From: Setoptus koraiensis
Lineage: Eukaryota; Animalia; Arthropoda
NCBI GenBank assembly: GCA_048013815.1
Contig: CM106586.1
Span: 11,718,001-11,782,000, forward strand
Length of the DNA: 64,000 nt
Direction of reading: 5' to 3'
In this document: positions 11,739 through 19,800 of the stretch, piece by piece
Position numbering within the stretch: the first letter of the stretch is position 1
Layout: every line of letters begins with the position of its first letter
Notes under the pieces: model-generated
Told to the model about the DNA's origin: nothing
What the model saw: only the letters and a program-made list of their open reading frames with translations
Databases searched by the model: none
Made by a program: the position numbers and the translations under genes

Positions 11739-12285
11739 CACGTAAACAGAGAATGTGAATATCAGTGTGACACGATGATGTAACATCTTATCAAGACTGT
11801 CTATCACATGTCCGTAATTTTGTCATTCAACAGCAGCCGAGCCATAGAGAATAGGGTAATGGAGGTGTGGGGCCATCAGTTGGTGGTGTCCAGACTAACT
11901 TGCTTCCAACAAATATCGGTTGTAAGATATAAGTGAAAGAAAAAAAGTGCCACGAATCGGCACTCGTTTTCTGTTCTGACGACCACGATCATTAGATAGT
12001 AGGGAGGTTGCGAACGTAGATCTTCATATTTTTGAGGAGAAATGTCACGATATCGGTTACAATATTAGTCACACTTTTTTCTTTTTCTTTTGTTTTCAAG
12101 AGATCTGGAAGACTGGGGCAGAACTAGGCAGTAGCAAATTAACAGCACTGACCTAAGATCTCCTCGCCTCAGTCCACTGACTGAGAGGTCTGTTGTACAA
12201 ATTCACTTATTTATCCAGTACAATGAAGCCAGAATAGATAAAATACAACTTTATGAATGGGCAGAAGGCATTGAATACTCATGCT

Positions 12286-12813
12286 TAGGGTAGGGCAAAT
12301 CGGTTCCGAGCCGAACTATTCCTGTGCATGGCAAAAACCCCAAGAATTTTCTAGCGAGTCATTCTCATCATAAGGATGATTTTGAGACGTATTTGTGGTC
12401 ACCGAAAAACCGAAATTCAACTCATTTTCCTCATAATCACCGATTTTCACCAACTTGCACATAGGGACCGAAACACGGGTGGTTTTCATAGAAAAGAATA
12501 GAAATTTAGCCCAAATTATAAAGAAAAGCTGCCCTGTTGGGGTTTCCGAGAGTCGGTTGCTGGGCAATTGATCACTGATCACTTGTGATATTTATTGACT
12601 TCGGTCAGCATAACAAAGTCGCGCCGATATTACGGATATTACTCTATCAGAAAACGCAACAAAACCATCGATTCTCGACGCACCCTGCACTCACTGTATA
12701 TGGTGTTTCAAAAGTATCGAGACCCCAAAAAACGAAAAAACCGAGAAAATGCTATATTTGCTCCCATAAGAACCGATTTTGGTTGATTTTAGTGACCGAT
12801 TTGCCCTACCCTA
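12286..12813. mobile_element. Non-autonomous hAT-type MITE, 528 bp
   Basis: Perfect 19-bp TIR TAGGGTAGGGCAAATCGGT; 8-bp TSD CTCATGCT (12278-12285, 12814-12821); single CTCATGCT at the empty site 4728-4735. Confidence 0.9.
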
Positions 12814-13817
12814 CTCATGCTGAAAGTATGGAATTGTGCAAGATGACATGCTCAAACCGAAAATGGCAAAACAAAAAACGAAAAATGAATCATCCAAGAT
12901 AGTGACCGTTCAAAAACTACCAAAATTTCCAACTCTCTTTCAATTTTATGAATAAATAGATATCTACCTTTATGACAAGATCGATTGTGCCAATCGATAA
13001 TCAAAAGCACATCAATACATGCTCTAATCTGGTTCGATCCGCGTCTCTATTTTCAAAAAGCAATCAAGTATATAGTCTGGTTGAGGTGGATGGAATTCGT
13101 GTTGTCGACAAGGCAGCAAAATTATTGATAAATAATAAAGAAGTCATGAACCTTTTGAATTTAGTCTCTTTTTCTGGGTTACGGTCGTTTCAGAGACGTA
13201 AGTTTCAGCGAATTACACTTCGGAGACGTATATTTCAGAGAACGTCTTTTTCTGGAGCGATATATTTTTCACTCAACCTCTATTGATCTCTCTATATATC
13301 GGAGCTGTTAATATCTTTTTTGTCGTACATGTGGGATCGATAGAAATAAAGTTAAGCGCAGAACTGCTTTGATCGGACTTTGATTAGTTCAGACCAACCA
13401 CTCTCATCAACTAAATGGGGATAGAACCGATACATGTAACATGCATTCAGTGATAATGCGAACTGACAGCCTTTATTACAACTGTGCTCGTGCATGGAAG
13501 TAGAACAGAGACTTTGACACACAACCATTTTAACTTTCACCTGGTGTATTGCAGAACACTTACGTCACGCGCTCAAGTCCATCTGCAACAAACAATTCGA
13601 GATTTCACATTCACTTCATCAGGCTTCATTATTAATTTGGTGACTTTTACACCACCGACGAGTAAAGAATTGACGTCTCTTGCAAGTTGCTTGTATCATC
13701 AGTTGCAACAAAAAATCATCCCTCCTATCTACTGAAAACAGCCGGATACAGCAATAGCGCCCAGGACAATACCAAAGTTATTAATCGAGTCATCTGCCAG
13801 TTTAGGTAGAGTCAAGG

Positions 13818-14325
13818 TGTGATGCCTGAGCGTGTCACGGAACAGAATCGTAGCAGAGACGAGGAATTGAATAGCGAGCAGAGATGGAAGCGGATATTAT
13901 TATATCAATTATTTGAGGACTTAAATGTACTAATTAACTAAATCTGCCCGACAGGAATTACGAGTCCTGGGGCCTCTATCTATTACTGTATTTTATTACT
14001 GTTATTGCTGTGAAATTACTACTGTTTTATGCAGAGAACGAGAGAACGCAAGTGTGTATATCAAAATGAGTTCGGTCCTATTTATATGGTTTGACCACGC
14101 TGCATGAAAACGTGGTCTAGATTGGTGTGAGTTCCATATCCGTCGGCACAAACAAAGAACAGGGTCTTCACTATATTTACATCGATGGACATCATGATAG
14201 ATCATTGTTACATCCAGATTTAATGCAACTCTTTAAAGTCTCAAACAGTAAGGAGAGACGCACATGGGTCGGCACATGTGCATAGTACTGTAGATTATGT
14301 GCGGGCACAGTGCACGGGCATCACA
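13818..14325 (-). repeat. 3' LTR (508 bp)
   Basis: Ends TGTGATGCC/GGCATCACA (9-bp inverted termini); minus-strand AATAAA at 13992-13997; no difference from the 5' LTR seen by eye. Confidence 0.95.
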
Positions 14326-14340
14326 GTCCACCCTCTTGCA
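14326..14340 (-). other. Polypurine tract
   Basis: Minus strand GCAAGAGGGTGGAC directly precedes the 3' LTR. Confidence 0.6.
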
Positions 14341-14712
14341 ATTCTTGAGCTTGCGATAGAAATGCAACTTCTGTGCACTGTGCGGTGAAAAATACCTTGG
14401 GCTAAAACTCTCCGAAAAACCAGTGGTGAAAAAGGAGAGAAACCGTTGGTTATATCTTGCATGAAATGTCCGTTAGATTTGCAAATTTTGAATTTTCGCG
14501 CGGTGTGTCTCTAGAGCGCGTGTTGATTGTAATGTACACCGGTGGGTTCCGCAGTCCAAATCATTTATAACGGTTTTTCATGCAGTTCAAGTTAATACAT
14601 TCATCATTGGAGATATTGTCATTCCCTAATTATTATTCATCAGTTCATTTGAATCATTATTGTGGAACTTCATACATCGGATAACCATCATTATTAATCA
14701 ACTGCGTCCATC

Positions 14713-16812
14713 ATGGGGTATATTAGGAGACGTTTGGTTACGAATATTTTACGCCTTCGATATGCTAATTTAGGACGTCCTTCAATTAATGTGCTCGGTC
14801 CAGAGACATACGAATCCAAATATTTTCTGCTTAATGAGCCTGGAAAAGTATTAATATATTTTGGTCATCGTAAATCGACGAAACGTCCCTATGCCGTTAT
14901 TATCATCAAGAGTGACCATTGTGTAGATGAGAGACCTGTTGCCAAAGGATTTTTTATAGTCTACGTCGGAACTAATTACAATAACATCCAATCGGTCGAG
15001 GCAAAGCTCGTTTATAAGCACATTGGTGGAAAATGGGATTTTGACCGCAAAGGGATCATCAATTTAAAAGCACGTGAGGATGGCCTACATGACTACGGAG
15101 TATTGTTAGAATTCCTCACCAACATCGACATGGAAGAGTTGTATGATAGCTTTTGTGGTTCCTTCCATTTGGAATATATTGACATTAAGGAATATGGATT
15201 AGAGGGCTTTATTCCACCCTCTTGTGTCTCTATCAAACCAATGCGATTGGGATTTGACAAATCATATCATGACGGCAATGCTATACTCCGAGGAGAGAAG
15301 CCTTGTTTGGAGGGCGACAATAATAGCATCATTCTTCAGCATGATAATCATTGGTTCTATGGATTGACATGTATGAATACGTATAAGGGTGTTCGTGTCC
15401 ACACATTATCTATACTTATTGGACATAGAGGCTTCTTTCGGACCGAGGAGGAATTTAAAACTGTTATAGAGCTTTTCCAGAAGTGTCTATCTATTGAAGT
15501 CAACCGTGTTCTGGTGTCTCGTTGCGAGGAGAAGAGTGCGATTGGGGCCTGCGCTTCGGAGGCCATTCAATATATAGCTGCCTTAATAAAGGGAGAAATG
15601 GCTCCGCATGCCATCATTTTCTATCATTCGATCGATGCAGATATATACAAACTGAGATCTGATCCCATTTTCATCCTAGGGAAGGAAATGGTAAAATCGA
15701 TGGAGGAGATGAGTGACTTCTCGCAGTCCATCATTTCGAGTCAATCCCAGCCGATGGTGATGGACGATGATTTCCCAAATGAAGAGGGTATCCAGCCGGA
15801 AGAAGAAATAATTCAGCCAGCGGAGGACATCGCTGACACTGATGACCAACCTGGGATTGATGCCTCTTTTGAAGATATCTCCCAAAGTAGTAGCGTAGTG
15901 TTCCTCAGGATGGTGACAACTGTGTCAAGCCAATCGACTCAGCGTTCAGCTAGATGGGAAGAGGACTTTCTGGAAGCTGTTCAAGATAATATTATACACC
16001 ATAAATTCTTCAGTTTCCCCAAAATTCGCCTCAGTCCCCGCAGTCAAATTCAACTGGATCTAAGTACAGATGATATCACGAAGATTTTGGATGATTACTC
16101 TGAGGCTTTCTATCAACGTATTGGCGAGGAAGTTAGGTTTGTTGCGAGTTATGAAACGCGTATTGAGGATGCACGTGACATAACTGAAATGGTTTCGCCA
16201 GCTCGCTTTGTCGGATTAATGTTCTGTGGTGAGGAATTTGTGACCGTCTTAATCGATAAAGCTCATGACGAATACATCAGCTTTGCAGCAGGAAATTTGG
16301 TGAAACGTTCTTCAGATTTGAGGGAGAATTTGGAGAAAGTTGCGACAGCATATTTTCCAGCGCTGAGTGGATTCAAGCATATTATGGTTCCAAATTTATG
16401 TTTGAATCATATGAATTGCAGCCTCATTCACGCCTTAGTATCGCTCACCGTCATATCAGACTACATGACTCATTACCCCCGTTTGCCACACGCCATCATC
16501 TATCCGGCACCTCTAGTGCGTCATATGGCGTATTATCTCACAGTTGCGCGTATTTGCGCCAATAATGAAGCAAATCGAGCTTCAACCGGTCCACCATTAC
16601 GGAATCCCATAATACAAATTCCGGACACGGAAACGAAGGTAGTGGCTTTGAATTCCTGCCCATTCTGCCGAAAGAGAGGCAACATGAAAGGGTTAGCGGG
16701 TGTGTTCAAACACATTGATATGGCCCACGCAGGCCAAGCGTCAAAAGCAGCTAAAGCTCGGTACGAGAAGCGTCGAGTTAACATCATAGATCCGAGTAGT
16801 GATGAGGATTAG
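14713..16812 (+). CDS. Antisense accessory ORF of the retrotransposon (699 aa); possible Ulp1/papain-like repeats plus C2H2-like finger
   Basis: Long uninterrupted ATG ORF between pol and the 3' LTR on the opposite strand; CPFC-X14-H-X4-H at 16657-16728; no signal peptide or TM. Domain call is inference. Confidence 0.8.
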   Translation: MGYIRRRLVTNILRLRYANLGRPSINVLGPETYESKYFLLNEPGKVLIYFGHRKSTKRPYAVIIIKSDHCVDERPVAKGFFIVYVGTNYNNIQSVEAKLVYKHIGGKWDFDRKGIINLKAREDGLHDYGVLLEFLTNIDMEELYDSFCGSFHLEYIDIKEYGLEGFIPPSCVSIKPMRLGFDKSYHDGNAILRGEKPCLEGDNNSIILQHDNHWFYGLTCMNTYKGVRVHTLSILIGHRGFFRTEEEFKTVIELFQKCLSIEVNRVLVSRCEEKSAIGACASEAIQYIAALIKGEMAPHAIIFYHSIDADIYKLRSDPIFILGKEMVKSMEEMSDFSQSIISSQSQPMVMDDDFPNEEGIQPEEEIIQPAEDIADTDDQPGIDASFEDISQSSSVVFLRMVTTVSSQSTQRSARWEEDFLEAVQDNIIHHKFFSFPKIRLSPRSQIQLDLSTDDITKILDDYSEAFYQRIGEEVRFVASYETRIEDARDITEMVSPARFVGLMFCGEEFVTVLIDKAHDEYISFAAGNLVKRSSDLRENLEKVATAYFPALSGFKHIMVPNLCLNHMNCSLIHALVSLTVISDYMTHYPRLPHAIIYPAPLVRHMAYYLTVARICANNEANRASTGPPLRNPIIQIPDTETKVVALNSCPFCRKRGNMKGLAGVFKHIDMAHAGQASKAAKARYEKRRVNIIDPSSDED

Positions 16813-16830
16813 TGCCATGTCTAACATCAT

Positions 16831-16849
16831 ATTTATTACTTCAATAAAT
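16831..16849. terminator. Back-to-back polyadenylation signals between the convergent ORF3 and pol
   Basis: ATTTATT-ACTTC-AATAAAT: AATAAA on + at 16843-16848 and on - at 16832-16837, in the 49-bp gap between the two stops. Confidence 0.5.
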
Positions 16850-16861
16850 GACCGAGGTCAG

Positions 16862-19800
16862 TCAATCCGAATATCTAGGTGGTCTTCTTATTGTTCGCTT
16901 TGGACGAGTCGTAATGTTGTCGACAGGCATCGTAGGTGAATTATTGATGGCATCGCTTGTTGGTGCATTATTCAATGTCTCAATCGAAGTCAAGTGACTA
17001 TTTGGAGTCTGATGCGTAATTTGGTCATCAAGTGATGGATTTTCAGGGTTTCCCTCGGTAGAAGGGGACCTCCTGATGCTGTCCATTAACACATCGAGGA
17101 TACTCCGGTTATCTCCTGAGGTATCCGAAATTCTTGCATCGGAACTGCCGTGGGCGACGAGTGATTCAATTCTTGGACCGATTTCTTGACTAACCTTGTT
17201 TTGCATCAATTCACTCGATCGCGAATTCATTTGGCAATTCCCATCGGTAGGACTCAAGATAACAGGTGTGTCTACTTGTGCGTCGACAGGATTCTGTCGA
17301 TCTGCCATTAAAGGCGATTCGCATGCAAGTGAGACTAATTCCGGTACAAAAGAACTCGTGTTCGCAGTGTTGGACACCGATTCAGGTTCGACGTCTCGAG
17401 TTATTTGCATGGAATTGCTATTAGGAAATGTGTTATCTGAATTTCCTTCGACAGGTAAATTGATTACAGGTAAATTCGTCTGTGTACCGCAAGAAATCTG
17501 TTTATCAGTTATATTGCTCGATTCTGATGCATTTGAGTGTTGATGGACAGGTTGTATTATGGTGCCGTTAGGTTCTGTACTTATTTCACTTTGAATGTTG
17601 ACCTGCATGGAATCACCTGTTACAGGTGAGTTATAAGGATGAAATTGCATAGAGGGATTTATCAGAGAAGTGTTTATCATATTGTCGAGTGATCTGTTAT
17701 TTACTGCAGTATTATTAGAGTTAGCATTATTCAAGTCCGTTGATACTGGATCTAACGGTTGACTTGGAGTGTCATGCTGAATATCATTGATTCTTTGCAT
17801 AGAATCAGTGCTCAGTTGTGAGTTAGCATTGTTTTGGTCGACAGTTAATTGTTGAATTGGCAGTTCTGCCTGACTGTCGGTTGAGATTCGGTTATCTCTA
17901 GGGAGCGACCCTAATTGATGCATCGTATCTCTAATGTCCGCTGTTCCAGTGAGACCTCTTTGTGTCCCATACCACAAAGGGCAGTCGTCGACGTGGAAAG
18001 GGAGAGATGTTTGTCTAACAATGGGACTCTCAGAGTACCGATTAACATTAGTTAGTTCATCTGACCGGTTATTATTATTATTATCATTATTACTATTATT
18101 ATTATTAAGACCAAGTATACCTGTGGAGTCCGTATTTGGACATCGATTAACACGAGAGGTATATATGGTTGTACCTGTGGAGCCCACGTCTGAGCATCGA
18201 TTAGCACATGTGGTATGCGCTTGTATTGTACCTGTGGAGTCCGTAAGAGGACATCGATTAACACATGGGGTACGCGCTAAATTTTCATCTATGGAGCCCC
18301 CTGTGGGACATCGATTAGCATAGATGAGAGCAGGTTCATTGCTTGTGGAGCCCATAGACGGACGTCGATTAACACAAGAACGAACATCGCCATCAGTTGT
18401 GGTGCTCATTGAAGGAGATTGATTAACACGAAGATGAGTGACTTCACAAATGGAGTCTGTAGCGGGGCATCTGTTAGTATTTGTATGAGATACCTCATGA
18501 CAATTAGAGCCTACCGCGGGACATCGATTAGCATTTGTAAGATCATCATCTTCGTCATTACTTACCCACGGTGAAGTACGATACAAGTGTGTATTGAGAG
18601 CAGATAATTGTTGACTTACGGAGTCCTCAGGAGGACATCGATTATCATGAGTAACTTGTATCGATTCATTCACCGAATTCTCGCCTTCAGGCGAGGTCGC
18701 AGATAGTGTTGACCCTGAGCGTGTGTCAAGATGATTCAATGTCACAGGTACTACTATTTGACTCTGGATTGGAATCGGACTATCGGGAAGTGAGTTCAGA
18801 ATATCTTTGCCCCCGACCTCTGGTTCGTCTGCCTCTAGATCGATAACTTGGCCAGAGTCATGATCATTCATAGGTTTCGACAACAGATGGTGATTGAGGC
18901 GTCCGATCTCTTGAACTAAACCCTCCTCGAGTTCATCCTCATCTTCTCTAGAGAAATAAGGTTTTGCCTGTTCGAATGATATCCTTCTTTTAACAGTCTG
19001 GCTCAGGTCTGAGACAAGCAAGGCCTTAGGACTGTCCTTCTCTCCTATGAATTTAACAATAACAAAGGGGCCTTCCCATTTGTGAGCGAGCTTACGACAG
19101 ATCGTTGTTGGTACACGCTCGACTCTCACTAGGACTAGTTGTCCGATAGCATAGTTCTGTGGTTTACGCTTCTTGTCGTAATAGTATTTTTGGACAAGTT
19201 GCGCTTTATAAGTGTTGAACGCTGCTTCATGCCTGACCATATCACGCAGGTCTTTAATTAATGGTGCATCTATATCATTATCCAATTCGCCTGGTTGCCT
19301 CAGAGGGTTACGAGGTTTAACTCCGAATAACAATTCGTAAGGAGTGTATTTGGTCGATTGGTTGACTGTTGTATTATAATTAAATACGGCCCATTTAAGT
19401 TGTTGGTCCCAATCTTTTTGATGCCTGCTCACATAATTCTTGATTATTTTAACCAGAGTGGCATTAAACCTTTCGTCCATACCGTTACTTTGGGCGTGGT
19501 AGGTACACGTGTATGATGGCTGTATTTTGAGGGTGTTGAGCAATGTAGTATATTCTGCCGAAGTAAATTGCACCCCATTGTCGGTCACAATTTCTTTAGG
19601 ACAACCGTGTATGGCAAATATATCTTCTTTAAGGAAATTAATGATGTCGATAACTTCGGTTTTGGGTGTTGCTCTAGCGTAGCCGAAGCGACTAAAAGCA
19701 TCTATCGCTGTTATGATATATTTATTGCCCTTGTGTGATGTGGTGACTTTACCTACGATATCGACGTGAATTCTGTCAAATATGTTCGAGGTTACGATTG

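Noticed and set aside
12286-12295. TAGGGTAGGG as an interstitial telomeric repeat
   Set aside because: It is the MITE terminal inverted repeat.
13046-13385. ~340-bp block present only in copy 2, considered as a TE
   Set aside because: No TIR, TSD or poly(A) tail seen; may be a deletion in copy 1.
14713-16812. ORF3 as an env gene
   Set aside because: Wrong strand, and no signal peptide, furin site plus fusion peptide, or TM anchor.
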